Assembly: GCA_047285305.1 (NCBI GenBank)
Contig: JBJBDL010000003.1
Span: forward strand, 1,760,001 to 1,824,000
Source of the DNA: Synechococcus sp.
Lineage (GTDB): Bacteria; Cyanobacteriota; Cyanobacteriia; PCC-6307; Cyanobiaceae
Direction: 5' to 3'
DNA length: 64,000 bases
A program made the translations under genes and the position numbers. Of the stretch, positions 20,381-30,538 are shown piece after piece; within the stretch, counting starts at the first letter, position 1; each line of letters starts with the position of its first letter. The notes beneath the pieces are model-generated. The model had not been told where the DNA came from. It searched no databases and worked only from the letters and a program-made list of their open reading frames with translations.

Positions 20381-23300
20381 CGCAGCTGGGCCAGAAGAGG
20401 TCCGTACAGCAGCTGACACGCCTCCTGAAATCCGGCCTGATCCATCAATTGCTCCGCAGAGATCTCCGTGCCGAAGCAGAGCTGCATCACCGGGGTGGCA
20501 CCTTCGTCCTGCCAGGTCTTGCGGAAGGCCTTCGGCCCCTCCCCCGGTTTGCGCCGGTCTTTGGACACCATCTGCCAGCCGCTCTTCGGGGGGACCGGCC
20601 AGCACCGCTCCAGCCCCTGTTGCGCCAGCCGCACCAGCTGCTGCAGCTGGTCCTCGGCTGCAGCCGTCGGCAACGCCGACCAGCGCAAGTGCACCTCGGC
20701 GCCGGCAACCCGGGTGTTGCGGGCCACCACCGCTGATCCGGCAGCAGGAGCCAATCCCTCAGCGCACAGCAACAGGTGCTGCAACCAGCCGCGCATCACC
20801 GCCGCAGCCGTGAGCATGCCGGGCTGCACCACCACCTGTGTGTCACCGGCGTAGAGCAGGGGCATCGGCAGGCCGGCGAGCAAAGGTACCTCCCGGCGGC
20901 AGGGACCAAGCGATGCCAGCTGCCGTTGCAGGGCCTGCCAACGCTGCTGCAGTTCCTCCTGCTCAAGGGCCGCGCCAGCCCCCGCCGGCAGCACACCCTG
21001 GCCCGCCAGCGACGTCGTCCAATCCGGAGCCGATCCAAGAATGAACTGATCCTCAAGCTCGTGATTGAGCAGCAGATAGCGCTGCAGGCCATCCAACTCG
21101 AGCGTATCGAGATCCTCCACCGCCTCAATGCCTTCCCCAGGCCGCAACCCCCGTGCCTGCAACCAGGCCTTCTGGGGCTGCTGCATCCAGGCCAGCAACG
21201 CTTCAGGGTGCAAGGCCAGGTCGTCTCGGCCACGTCCCTCGGCCTCGTCCTCGGTCAGGTCTTGCTGCCAGAGCGATGCCCAAGCCAGCCCATTGTCCTG
21301 GGCCGATGCCGGAGCACGATCCAGGCAGCGCCTGGCCTCCAGCTGGCGGCGATCACAGCTGAGCGGCGCCTCGGGCCGGAAGTTCTCTCGGGAGAGGGGG
21401 TTGGCCGATGGCGTGATCAACAACCCCTCCGTGGAAGCACCGGCCCGTTGCAACTGCTCCTGCAGCACAGCAAGCCACTGTTCCACCGGCGCGGCGGGCG
21501 GCTGGGGCTCACCGGTGCGCTCCAGCCGCCCGCACCAGCTGATAAGCAGATGACGGCGTGCCGACATCAAGGCCTCCAGCAGCACGTAACGGTCCTGGTC
21601 GCTGCCGCGGGGATCCCCAAGGCGCCGTTGCTGCTCGAGCAGATGAAAGCCAGGGCGGCGGCTCGGGCGCGGAAAGTCGGCGCTGTCGAGGCCCATCAAA
21701 ACCACCACCTTGTGGGGAATCGCCCGCATCGGCTCCAGGGCACTGATGGTGAGGGCGCCACTGCGGTGACCGAAGCGACCGCTGTCCACCGACAAGGCCT
21801 CCTGTAGCACCTCCAAGGCCACGGCTGCATCGAGGTCCAGGGGGCAGTCATGGGCCCGTAATCGCCACTCCTCAAGGGCCGCCGCCCAGCTCTGCGACTC
21901 ATCGGCCCAGGCCCCACCCTCAGCGAACAGCTCCTGCAACAGGGACTGCAGCAGCTGAACCCAGTCATGGCACGGCCGAGGCTTTCGCAGGCGATCGAAC
22001 ATCCGCGCCAAACGGTCCAGCAGCGTCCACCAGCGCACCAGGCGATCGGGATCCAGCTCCTGCTGGAACGGTGCCGCCCCTGCTGGAGCCAGGCCCGGCT
22101 CAACCGGCAGCACCAGGCCCAGCAGCCAACGGTCGAGACACCAACGCAGGCTGTGCACCTCGTCCCCGCCCCGCTCGCTGCCATCCAAGCCCCAGCGAAA
22201 ACCGCTGCGTTGCAGCGTCTGGGTGATCAGCACCGCCTCCTCCGGCGTGAGTCCCTGCTGGCCCTGCAGGGCCGGATTGGCCAGCAACCGTTCCAGCCCC
22301 GTGGCGGTGAGGCGTGTGGCAGCCAGCTCCAGCAGCGTGAACATCGCCATCGACAACCCCGGACTGCTCTGCTGACTGCGATCGGTGAGGCGCCAGGGCA
22401 GATCGACACCGATGGCCGCCGTGTCGTTGAACACGGAGCTGAGCAGCGGTGCATAGCGCTCAATCTGCGGCGTCATCACAAGCACGTCGCGAGGCGCGAG
22501 ATCGGGATCGGCCGCCAGCCACTGCAGGATGCGATCACGCACCAGTTGCACCTCCCGCCAAGGCCCCGGTGCCGCTTGAAACAGCAACGACTGATCGTCT
22601 GAGGAACGCTCCAGTGCGGGGATGCTGTCGGCATCCACCAGCTGCTGCTGAAGCTGATCGAGCAGGGTGGGCTGGCGCTCTTCCGCTGCGGCGATCTGCA
22701 GGGAACCTGCAAACAGATCTCCCTCGCTTCGCTCCCCCAGCTGCGCTTCACCGGAGCCCTCCAGCAACTGCTGAAATTCGGCACCCATCCGCCCAAGAAC
22801 GGCCTCCAAGCGCGGCGCCTCCGCCAACCAGCCCCCGTCGGGCGGAACCAGCCAGTCATCCCCGAGCGAGGCACGCCGACTGCCGCAGCGCCGCCACAGA
22901 TCCGGACACGGGGTGAGCAGGTAGATCTCCACCTCCAGCAGACCGGACAAGGCCTGAATCAGATCCACCTGCACCGGTGCCAGGGCACTGATGCCAAACA
23001 GCCGCAGCCGCTCCGGCAGCAGGGCTGGATCAACGTCTCCTCGCCGGAGACGATCGACGGCCTCACGCACCTGCAGGCCAAAGGGAGCCCGGAGAAGCCT
23101 TTGGGCCAGCAGTCGCCAGAGCACGGGCTGCCAGTCGTCATCGGGCCGCGGCTGTTTCCACTGCTCCAGTTGATCGGGGCGGTAGAGGGCGTAATCGTCC
23201 ATGGCGTCGGCGATGGTGCGTGCCAACTGCCAACGGTCCCGCGTCAACCCCGAGGCGGTTCCTTCACGATGGGTGAGCCAGATCCGTAGCGGCTGGGCGA

Positions 23301-23619
23301 CGGGCTGCTCCAACAGCTCCGGCAGCAGCTCGAGCACAGCCCACACCAGCTGGCCCGCCCGCCAGGGATCGTCCTCCTGCGCGGGGAGATGCAGCACCTG
23401 GCGCACCAGCTGCCGCAGGCGACTGCCCGGGAAGGGGAACCGCACCAGGGAACTGATGCCGTTGGCCGTGGCCAGCTGTTCCCCCAACCATCGGCTGGTG
23501 GGCCAGGTGTTGACCATCACCTCCACCGTCTCAAGGGGGCCCGGATGCTGCTCGATCAACTGACGGGAGAGCAAGCGAGCCAGAAATTCAGCTCTGTTGC
23601 TTCGGTAAACCGTCAGCAA
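20377..23619 (-). CDS. recC: Exodeoxyribonuclease V gamma subunit
   Basis: Begins LTVYRSNRAEFL (TTG start). Contains REVQLVRD, DVLVMTP, LEPMRAIP and DRYVLLEALMSAR, and neighbours recB/recD. Confidence 0.92.
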   Translation of the reverse strand: MLTVYRSNRAEFLARLLSRQLIEQHPGPLETVEVMVNTWPTSRWLGEQLATANGISSLVRFPFPGSRLRQLVRQVLHLPAQEDDPWRAGQLVWAVLELLPELLEQPVAQPLRIWLTHREGTASGLTRDRWQLARTIADAMDDYALYRPDQLEQWKQPRPDDDWQPVLWRLLAQRLLRAPFGLQVREAVDRLRRGDVDPALLPERLRLFGISALAPVQVDLIQALSGLLEVEIYLLTPCPDLWRRCGSRRASLGDDWLVPPDGGWLAEAPRLEAVLGRMGAEFQQLLEGSGEAQLGERSEGDLFAGSLQIAAAEERQPTLLDQLQQQLVDADSIPALERSSDDQSLLFQAAPGPWREVQLVRDRILQWLAADPDLAPRDVLVMTPQIERYAPLLSSVFNDTAAIGVDLPWRLTDRSQQSSPGLSMAMFTLLELAATRLTATGLERLLANPALQGQQGLTPEEAVLITQTLQRSGFRWGLDGSERGGDEVHSLRWCLDRWLLGLVLPVEPGLAPAGAAPFQQELDPDRLVRWWTLLDRLARMFDRLRKPRPCHDWVQLLQSLLQELFAEGGAWADESQSWAAALEEWRLRAHDCPLDLDAAVALEVLQEALSVDSGRFGHRSGALTISALEPMRAIPHKVVVLMGLDSADFPRPSRRPGFHLLEQQRRLGDPRGSDQDRYVLLEALMSARRHLLISWCGRLERTGEPQPPAAPVEQWLAVLQEQLQRAGASTEGLLITPSANPLSRENFRPEAPLSCDRRQLEARRCLDRAPASAQDNGLAWASLWQQDLTEDEAEGRGRDDLALHPEALLAWMQQPQKAWLQARGLRPGEGIEAVEDLDTLELDGLQRYLLLNHELEDQFILGSAPDWTTSLAGQGVLPAGAGAALEQEELQQRWQALQRQLASLGPCRREVPLLAGLPMPLLYAGDTQVVVQPGMLTAAAVMRGWLQHLLLCAEGLAPAAGSAVVARNTRVAGAEVHLRWSALPTAAAEDQLQQLVRLAQQGLERCWPVPPKSGWQMVSKDRRKPGEGPKAFRKTWQDEGATPVMQLCFGTEISAEQLMDQAGFQEACQLLYGPLLAQLR

Positions 23620-24257
23620 GGGCCAACTCCAGCCAGCATGGCATCGGTCGCAGCTCCTTCGACCTGAACGACCGCATCCGTTTGCGGGCAGTAGGCCGAT
23701 AAACAACCCCCGTAGACCGCACCGGTGTCGATCAGAACGATCGCGCCAAGACGTTCCACCTGGGGACGTGGCGTATGGCCCACAACAACCTGGCCAAAAC
23801 GACCGTCATAGGCCTCCCAGAAGGGATCACGAATGGAGAGATCCGGTTGGCCTGCTGCGTCGAACCCGGCATGGGTGGCGCACCAACCGTCACCGCGATA
23901 AACGAGCGGAAGCTGTTGCAGGCGCGGCAACCATTGGCGAGCGCTGCTGTCGCCCAACTGGGCATAGGTGGCGTGTTGACTCAAGCCGTCCTGGGATTCC
24001 AGGGCATCAATGAAGTCTTGCTCATGGTTCCCGCGCAGCCATGTGGCATGGCCGGCCTGGACCAGATTCCAGACCAGATTCATCGTTGCGGGAATGGCCT
24101 CACCACGGTTGATCACATCCCCGCAGAAGACCAGATGGTCGTTCGGCGGCAGGGTGGCGAGCAGATGGCAAAGGGGCTGATGGCAGCCATGCACATCTCC
24201 AATCACCCAGTGCCGGCGGCTGTGCAGGTTCAAAGCGACAACCTGGAGATGAGTCAA
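23613..24257 (-). CDS. Calcineurin-like Ser/Thr phosphatase-family metallophosphoesterase
   Basis: GDVHG, GDVINRG, RGNHE, HAG, GHT and IDTGAVYGG. Confidence 0.9.
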   Translation of the reverse strand: MTHLQVVALNLHSRRHWVIGDVHGCHQPLCHLLATLPPNDHLVFCGDVINRGEAIPATMNLVWNLVQAGHATWLRGNHEQDFIDALESQDGLSQHATYAQLGDSSARQWLPRLQQLPLVYRGDGWCATHAGFDAAGQPDLSIRDPFWEAYDGRFGQVVVGHTPRPQVERLGAIVLIDTGAVYGGCLSAYCPQTDAVVQVEGAATDAMLAGVGPC

Positions 24258-24300
24258 TTCTGATGCTCAGCCAGGCAGCGCCAAGAATCTGAAATGCAGA

Positions 24301-24636
24301 TCAGAACAAACCGAGAAAGCGCTTGCGTTCCTTGGGTTGGCTCGGGTCTGGCTTGGGCTTTTCGGGGGTTTCGCGGCGGTAGCGGGGCTTGGCATCACCA
24401 ACGGTGACCAGGGGGTCGTTGTTCTTGAACCAGATCCAGTCGCGAATCGGCGGGGTCTCCGTGAGATCCCGGCGGGTCAGCCCCAACCCCAGCTTGGCCG
24501 AAGCCCCCAGCAGGATGTCCACCATCGCGTCCCCGTCGGGACAGGTGGCCAACGCCTTGTTGGTTTTCTCCGCACCATCGAGGGCCTGCACCAGCAGTGC
24601 AATGCGCTGCTGAACGGGAAGGGAACTGGGATTCAT
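24301..24636 (-). CDS. Hypothetical protein
   Basis: 111-aa ORF translationally coupled to ycf54. Confidence 0.7.
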   Translation of the reverse strand: MNPSSLPVQQRIALLVQALDGAEKTNKALATCPDGDAMVDILLGASAKLGLGLTRRDLTETPPIRDWIWFKNNDPLVTVGDAKPRYRRETPEKPKPDPSQPKERKRFLGLF

Positions 24637-24956
24637 CAGACGGCACCGGCAAGGGCATCGGGAATCCCCGCGGACGGTGCTTCAAAGGTCCCCACAGCCA
24701 CGTACTCCAAACGCAGTTTGAGGAAGGTGATGAAGGTGGGATCGGTGGACACCACAGCTGCAGCGGGCTGGGGAATGGTTGCCTTGAGATCAGCCAGCTC
24801 AGGAGAAGACAGGAAAGCCGGTTGCTTCACCAGCCAGAAATCGATGGTCTTGCCGGTTTCGGCGAAGTTGCGCTGGCGCTCCCGCAGCACTTCCTCCAGC
24901 GGCTCCTCAACAGTGAGGAAGCGCTCGCTGGCTGCAACGAAGTGATAGGTGGTCAT
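24636..24956 (-). CDS. ycf54: Ycf54, MgPME cyclase auxiliary protein
   Basis: [33 protein letters not shown] and [12 protein letters not shown]. Confidence 0.92.
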   Translation of the reverse strand: MTTYHFVAASERFLTVEEPLEEVLRERQRNFAETGKTIDFWLVKQPAFLSSPELADLKATIPQPAAAVVSTDPTFITFLKLRLEYVAVGTFEAPSAGIPDALAGAV

Positions 24957-25702
24957 CCGGGCGCCTGTCCGAAAAGGGGATCAAGCCGGGGATTCTGAAC
25001 CAAGACCTTCATATCCCGCACAGCTTGTTGCAGTCCGACGGCGACAGAGCGGGCCACGATCGTGTGGCCGATGTTGAGTTCCTCCATCCCAGGGATGGCC
25101 GCGATGGGCTCAACGTTCTGATACGTGAGGCCATGGCCGGCATTGACCCGCAGTCCGAGCTGCCGGGCGATGGCCGTGCCCTCCTGCAAGCGCGCCAGCT
25201 CCTGGGGCTGGGTGCTCCAATCGGCATCGGCATAGCGCCCCGTGTGCAATTCCACCCAGCAAGCCCCCGTGGCTTTGCAGGCCTGTAGCTGAGTGGCCTC
25301 CGGATCCACAAACAGGCTCACCGGAATCCCTGCGGCCTGAAGGTTTTGCACCATGCCCCCCAGGGAGGCCTCTTGTCCGGCCACATCCAGACCCCCCTCC
25401 GTGGTGACCTCCTCCCGCCGTTCCGGCACCAGGGTGACCATGTCGGGCTTGATCCGCTGCGCAATCGCCACCATCTCCTCGGTAGCTGCCATTTCCAGGT
25501 TGAGGCGGGAGCGCACGGTCTGGCGCAGCAACTCCACATCCCGATCCTGGATATGACGCCGGTCTTCCCTCAGATGCACGGTGATCCCATCGGCACCACC
25601 GAGTTCGGCCAGCAAGGCCATCGACACCGGGTCTGGCTCGACGGTCCGCCGCGCTTCACGGATGTTGGCGATGTGGTCGATATTGACGCCGAGGCTGGCC
25701 AT
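24953..25702 (-). CDS. pdxJ: Pyridoxine 5'-phosphate synthase
   Basis: [32 protein letters not shown] and ELNIGH. Confidence 0.97.
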   Translation of the reverse strand: MASLGVNIDHIANIREARRTVEPDPVSMALLAELGGADGITVHLREDRRHIQDRDVELLRQTVRSRLNLEMAATEEMVAIAQRIKPDMVTLVPERREEVTTEGGLDVAGQEASLGGMVQNLQAAGIPVSLFVDPEATQLQACKATGACWVELHTGRYADADWSTQPQELARLQEGTAIARQLGLRVNAGHGLTYQNVEPIAAIPGMEELNIGHTIVARSVAVGLQQAVRDMKVLVQNPRLDPLFGQAPG

Positions 25703-25728
25703 GACGGGGCAGTCGTTGGCCGGATCCT

Positions 25729-26484
25729 ATGCAGCTTTGCCAAGGGGATTTAGGTTCTCAGGCATCGAATTCGATCAGCCCGTTGCAAGCGGCCCTGGCG
25801 ACCCGAGAAAACAGCCTGCATGTCGGCATCGACAGCTTCTGGGCCCCCCTGGCGATGTTCACCACCCAGGATCTGGCGCTGCGCTTTCAATTCCGTGAGC
25901 GTCTGGTGCTGAACCCGGAGCATCTCCCCCATCAGGGGCCGGTGCTGCTGGCACCGACGCACCGCGCCCGCTGGGATGCCCTGATGCTGCCGATGGCTGC
26001 TGGCCGTCGGGTCACTGGCCGCGACTGCCGCTTCATGGTGACCACCACCGAAATGCGGGGGCTGCAGGGCTGGTTTCTGCAACGGCTCGGCTGCTTCCCG
26101 GTGGACCAGGGACGACCCTCGATGACCACCCTGCGTCTGGCCATCGACCTGTTGGCCGACGGGCAGCAAGTGGTGATGTTCCCTGAAGGCAGGATTCACC
26201 GGCAGGACGCGGCAATTGAGCTGCGGCCGGGCCTGGTGCGTCTGGCCCAACTGGCCCAGAGCCGCGGCGTTTCCGCTCCTGTGGTTCCCGTTGGCTTGGG
26301 CTACAGCCAGGCCCCACCACGGCCCTTCAGCCGGGCAGCGCTTTGTTTCGGAGCACCGCTCAGCGTGCCAGCCAAGGGCGATCGCGAGGCGACGCGGCAG
26401 TTCAACAGCAAACTCGCTGCGGCGATGCATACGGCTGAACAAGCGGCCCGTGCTGCCATTGGCCGACCGCTCCAAAGCTTCTAA
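25729..26484 (+). CDS. Lysophospholipid acyltransferase (PlsC family)
   Basis: THRARWD (HxxxxD) and FPEG. Confidence 0.88.
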   Translation: MQLCQGDLGSQASNSISPLQAALATRENSLHVGIDSFWAPLAMFTTQDLALRFQFRERLVLNPEHLPHQGPVLLAPTHRARWDALMLPMAAGRRVTGRDCRFMVTTTEMRGLQGWFLQRLGCFPVDQGRPSMTTLRLAIDLLADGQQVVMFPEGRIHRQDAAIELRPGLVRLAQLAQSRGVSAPVVPVGLGYSQAPPRPFSRAALCFGAPLSVPAKGDREATRQFNSKLAAAMHTAEQAARAAIGRPLQSF

Positions 26485-26512
26485 AGTCCGCCAACGTTTT
26501 CTTGCTGGTCTC

Positions 26513-27040
26513 ATGGGTTGTCGCGCATTGCTGACGACTGCTGCACTGGTGGCAACCCTGGGCGTCACAGCAGCTCCCGGAATCGCCCAAACCTCAGCTG
26601 AAAAACGCGTTCTGGCACAGAGCCAGGGTGGATTCAACCCGGCGGCCGTTCGGTCAATGCTGGCCGAGGGCGACGCAGCCGCCAGCCGGGGGGACCTGGC
26701 CGAGGCGCGGGCTAATTACGACAAAGCCCGCAAAGCCTCCAAGCAGCTCCTGGCCTTCTATCGCGACCTGAGTGGTGCTTTCCGGGGTCTTGATGCTCGG
26801 ATCCCGCGTGAGATGGACACCAAGGGCCGTGAAGCCCTGGGACTGCTGGCGGATACCAACCTCCGCCTGGCTGCCCTGTTCCGCCGTCAGGACCAGCCCG
26901 AAGTGGCTGTTCCAGTGCTGGTCGAGGTGGTCAAGCTGATGACGCCGGCTAAGTCCCAGGGTCAGAAGGCCTATCAGAGCCTGCTGGAACTGGGCTTCGT
27001 TGAAACCGAATTCCGGGGCGCATCGGCTGCCGGCCAATGA
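26513..27040 (+). CDS. Hypothetical exported protein
   Basis: Signal-like N-terminus and helical body ending AYQSLLELGFVE. Confidence 0.7.
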   Translation: MGCRALLTTAALVATLGVTAAPGIAQTSAEKRVLAQSQGGFNPAAVRSMLAEGDAAASRGDLAEARANYDKARKASKQLLAFYRDLSGAFRGLDARIPREMDTKGREALGLLADTNLRLAALFRRQDQPEVAVPVLVEVVKLMTPAKSQGQKAYQSLLELGFVETEFRGASAAGQ

Positions 27041-27087
27041 GCCGGTCTGTCAACATCTGAGCCAGTCCCTTTTGCACAACAGCCGCC

Positions 27088-27336
27088 ATGGTGCATCCGG
27101 ATGCCGTTGAAGCCGCGATCCAACAGGTCATTCCCGACGCCAACGTCAACGTTGAAGACCTTACCGGTGGCGGTGATCACCTCCAGGTGACGGTGGTGTC
27201 ATCCGCTTTTGCAGGCCTTTCACGCATCCGTCAGCATCAAATGGTGTACGGCGCGCTGCAGCAGGAATTGGCCAGCGAAGCGATTCACGCCCTCGCCCTC
27301 AACACCTCAACCCCTTCGGACGCTGTGTCCGCTTAA
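27088..27336 (+). CDS. bolA: BolA family protein
   Basis: [23 protein letters not shown] and IHALAL. Confidence 0.92.
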   Translation: MVHPDAVEAAIQQVIPDANVNVEDLTGGGDHLQVTVVSSAFAGLSRIRQHQMVYGALQQELASEAIHALALNTSTPSDAVSA

Positions 27337-27355
27337 CGCCAACTCACGCTCAACG

Positions 27356-27679
27356 ATGGACCCTTCCACCAAAGCTCGCATCGAAACTCTGGTCGCTTCC
27401 AGCCCAATCTTCGTATTCATGAAGGGCTCCAAGCTGATGCCCCAGTGCGGATTCTCAAACAATGTGGTGCAGATCCTGCACTCCCTCGGTGTGGCATTCG
27501 AGACATTTGACGTTCTCTCTGATCCAGAGATTCGTCAGGGAATCAAAGACTTTTCCAGCTGGCCCACCATCCCCCAGGTGTACGTGAAAGGGGAATTCAT
27601 CGGCGGCTCGGACATCCTGATCGAGATGTACAACTCCGGCGAACTTCGTGAAACGCTGGAAATCGCTCTCGCCAGTTAA
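27356..27679 (+). CDS. grxD: Monothiol glutaredoxin (Grx4)
   Basis: FMKG, CGFS and WPTIPQVYVKGEFIGGSDI. Confidence 0.95.
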   Translation: MDPSTKARIETLVASSPIFVFMKGSKLMPQCGFSNNVVQILHSLGVAFETFDVLSDPEIRQGIKDFSSWPTIPQVYVKGEFIGGSDILIEMYNSGELRETLEIALAS

Positions 27680-27680
27680 C

Positions 27681-27953
27681 TCAATAGCCCTGGGGATGGC
27701 GCATATACAAGGTGCTCACATCCCCGTCAGGGCCGACAAAGCTGGAGGGATCCAGGATCCAGCGATCGATCAATTGTTCGAGGCGATGCTGAGAGCGGGG
27801 ATCAAGCGATCCTGACTTTCGCAACGCATGCAGGTAGCCGTCGGAATACAGCCGCAGCTCCGACGGAGTGTGATATCTCGTCGTCAGCTCCTGACAGGCA
27901 TCGCAGAGCGATTGGAAATGTCGGATGGCTTCAGGGTCGTCGAGTGATGTCAT
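27681..27953 (-). CDS. Conserved cyanobacterial small protein
   Basis: AIRHFQSLCDA...ELRLYSDGYL motif. Confidence 0.75.
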   Translation of the reverse strand: MTSLDDPEAIRHFQSLCDACQELTTRYHTPSELRLYSDGYLHALRKSGSLDPRSQHRLEQLIDRWILDPSSFVGPDGDVSTLYMRHPQGY

Positions 27954-28027
27954 GAGATACAACAGCAGCCCCTGCTACCAGCCTGCCAGGAATTTCGGCT
28001 TAGCGTAGGCGTGCCCGGGCCGATCCA

Positions 28028-28795
28028 GTGACCTCCACTCCCCACGACCTCACGGCGGAAGCATCTGCAGCCAGCTCCGATCCGGTGGTGATGCCAAGCG
28101 CAAGCATCGGTCAGGAACCCCCGCGAGTGTTGGTGGTCGAGCCGCACCCAACCCTGCGCACGGTGCTAGTTCAGCGGCTGCGTCAGGACGGTCACCTCAC
28201 CGCAGCAGTGGCCAATGCCGCTGAAGCCTTGGAGGTCTGTCAGGAACAGTCACCCGATCTCCTGGTGAGCGCGGAACTGCTGGAGCGCAGTTCCGCGCTG
28301 CGCTTATCTGAACAGCTGCGTTGCCCTGTGATTGTTCTGACCGCGCGGGCCGGCGCCGAGCCGGTGGTAGGCCTGCTTGATGACGGTGCCGATGATGTCC
28401 TGCGCAAACCCTTTGGCCTCGAGGAACTGGCAGCCCGCTGCCGCACCCTGCTCAAGCGTGGTCACAGTGGCCTGCAGGAGCGGGTCACAGTTGGTCCGCT
28501 GGAGGTTCATCTGCTGCTGCGCCAGGTGACGCTGCGGGAGCAGCCGGTGGAGCTCAGCCCCCGCGAATTTGCCCTGCTTTGCGCCCTGTTGATGCCGCCT
28601 GGGCTGGTGCGCAGCCGACAGGAACTGCTGCGGATGGCCTGGCCTCCCTTCAGCGGCGGTCCCCGTTCGGTGGACACTCAGGTGCTGACCCTGCGGCGCA
28701 AGCTGGAGCAGGCCGGACTTGGCGAGGGCGGTGGAATCACCACCGTGCGGCAGCGAGGTTACCGCTTCAGCCTCGACAATCTGCCTACCAGCTGA
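28028..28795 (+). CDS. OmpR-family response regulator with an atypical receiver domain
   Basis: IVLTAR, GADDVLRKPF, winged helix LSPREFALL, RSVDTQV and TVRQRGYRF. Confidence 0.9.
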   Translation: MTSTPHDLTAEASAASSDPVVMPSASIGQEPPRVLVVEPHPTLRTVLVQRLRQDGHLTAAVANAAEALEVCQEQSPDLLVSAELLERSSALRLSEQLRCPVIVLTARAGAEPVVGLLDDGADDVLRKPFGLEELAARCRTLLKRGHSGLQERVTVGPLEVHLLLRQVTLREQPVELSPREFALLCALLMPPGLVRSRQELLRMAWPPFSGGPRSVDTQVLTLRRKLEQAGLGEGGGITTVRQRGYRFSLDNLPTS

Positions 28796-29131
28796 ATCAA
28801 GTGGATTCATTCCAGTCAGAGACTGGAATTCTGGGGTCAGGGCCAATCAACACAACTCCGTAGCAACCTTGCTGCTCAAGCCCTTTGAAGATCCCTTAAT
28901 TCGTCTTTTGATGACGCAGGGCCTGCTTCAGCTGAGCCTCTTTGGTCGGGACCAAATGGTGCGAGGTCACCCAACCCAATTCACATAGGTTATTCACGCA
29001 AACCTTGAGCTGAACCGTTCCGCAAGGGAGGTTGGTCAGTTCGGTTGTCATCCGATTGGAACAACTGCGTCAATTTCAACGTCTGAGCGACCCATGGCAA
29101 CGCCAGACTTCTGGACAAAATCAAGAGTTGT

Positions 29132-29344
29132 TTGCAGGAACGTCTTGATTGCTTGGTCAGCGCAGCCGGGTCAACATGGCGCTGTCGACACCCGGGAGCC
29201 CCCGCCGTGATCGGATTAACCAGGCTGTATTGCAACCAGGGAGAGAGATTTCTCCTCATCGATGTTGCCTCTGAAGAGGCTTCGAAAAGGGCTGAAGAGC
29301 TGCTCAACGACGGCTGGGAGATCGAAGCGGCAATACCGGTCTGA
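29132..29344 (+). CDS. Hypothetical small protein (start uncertain)
   Basis: C-terminal LTRLYCNQGERFLLIDV...DGWEIEAAIPV looks protein-like. Confidence 0.5.
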   Translation: MQERLDCLVSAAGSTWRCRHPGAPAVIGLTRLYCNQGERFLLIDVASEEASKRAEELLNDGWEIEAAIPV

Positions 29345-29400
29345 CGCGGGGAAGCGTTTCACGTCCGGATTTGAAGGCCCTTTGAGACGACAGCCCTGGA

Positions 29401-29502
29401 ATGGGGGAGTTGTTCTTAGAGAGGGACGGAGATGGTGTGCTCAGAGAGGAGAACACCATGCTTCCAATGCTCACCATCGCCCATATGCAATTGGATTGCT
29501 GA
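29401..29502 (+). CDS. 33-codon small ORF within a structured intergenic region
   Basis: MGELFLERDGDGVLREENTMLPMLTIAHMQLDC*, read directly from the sequence. Confidence 0.35.
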   Translation: MGELFLERDGDGVLREENTMLPMLTIAHMQLDC

Positions 29503-29667
29503 TGCCTGCCGAGGGCGTCTTTGAAACAGGCTGAAAGCCATACAAGACTCGTAAAGAGAGAGCAGGGGGCGCTGATTACCGCCATCCATCTCCCGACCAA
29601 ACCTCACACACTCCAACTCCACCCCGTCAGCCCTTGAGGAGTTTTCTGCTGAAAGAAACAGCTCTGA

Positions 29668-30222
29668 TCAACCTAGATAACCCGCCGGCAAACTGATCCA
29701 GCCCCGGGCCAGTGCCAGAGACGTGACCAGTTCGCCGGCGATCATCACCACGGCCAATCCAGCCAAGAGCTGATACGTCCAGGGCGGGGTCAGACGCCCG
29801 ATGCCCTTTGTCGACACATGGGTATTGGCGGCCAGCAGCTCCAAGAATCGATCAAAGCGCTCGATGCGTTGCGGCAAGAGTTGGTGGCGCAGATCTGCTG
29901 ACTTCACGTAATACACCGTTCCCCCCTGACTGGTGCCAACGGGAACCAGGGCCCGAATATCCTGCCAACGCATGGACCAGCCGCGCCGCAGCAACCAGCG
30001 GATCCAGGCGGGGTAACGCACCTGAATGCCTTCGGCATCGGTCTCCACTCGTTCACTCAACAGACCGATCACCAAAATCAAGCCCAACAGCAACCCTGCC
30101 ACCATCAGCAAGCGCGACTCCGCAGGGGCCAGCAATGGCAAAGGCAGTACCAAGGCCCCATAAAGGCTGAGCAGGGTGAAGCGGATCAGGGCCGATAACC
30201 CGAAACGTTCGATGCCGTTCAT
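29668..30222 (-). CDS. Hypothetical membrane protein
   Basis: Three TM-like segments, TSQGGTVYY, LLPQRIE and LTPPWTY. Confidence 0.75.
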   Translation of the reverse strand: MNGIERFGLSALIRFTLLSLYGALVLPLPLLAPAESRLLMVAGLLLGLILVIGLLSERVETDAEGIQVRYPAWIRWLLRRGWSMRWQDIRALVPVGTSQGGTVYYVKSADLRHQLLPQRIERFDRFLELLAANTHVSTKGIGRLTPPWTYQLLAGLAVVMIAGELVTSLALARGWISLPAGYLG

Positions 30223-30503
30223 CGGTCGTCTGGAGAACCCGGCAGCGGTTCAATCAGTTCAGAGGGTTGGTAGGTGCCACCAAACACCTCCTGTTCACGC
30301 CCCTTCCAGAACTGACCGAGCCGCATCAGATCGGCATGGGCCTCCTGCACCTTCTCGAGGTACAGCTGAGGATCCATCGAGTCCTTGGCTTCCTTGAGCT
30401 TCGTGAGCCGCAGCATCTGCAGATTCCAGGGTTTTGTCAGCTCGCCCCTCTGCTCGAGATAGCGGGCCAGATCGTCCGACGACGGCTGAAACTCAGGCGG
30501 CAT
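30219..30503 (-). CDS. Hypothetical protein
   Basis: 94-aa ORF coupled to the downstream gene (ATGA overlap). Confidence 0.75.
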   Translation of the reverse strand: MPPEFQPSSDDLARYLEQRGELTKPWNLQMLRLTKLKEAKDSMDPQLYLEKVQEAHADLMRLGQFWKGREQEVFGGTYQPSELIEPLPGSPDDR

Positions 30504-30538
30504 CCCAGCTCCTATGGACCATCACGCTAGGAAGAAAA

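Noticed and set aside
29594..29620. Yfr1 gene itself
   Set aside because: The motif differs from ACUCCUCACAC, lacks the flanking terminator, and is not in the guaB-trxA context.
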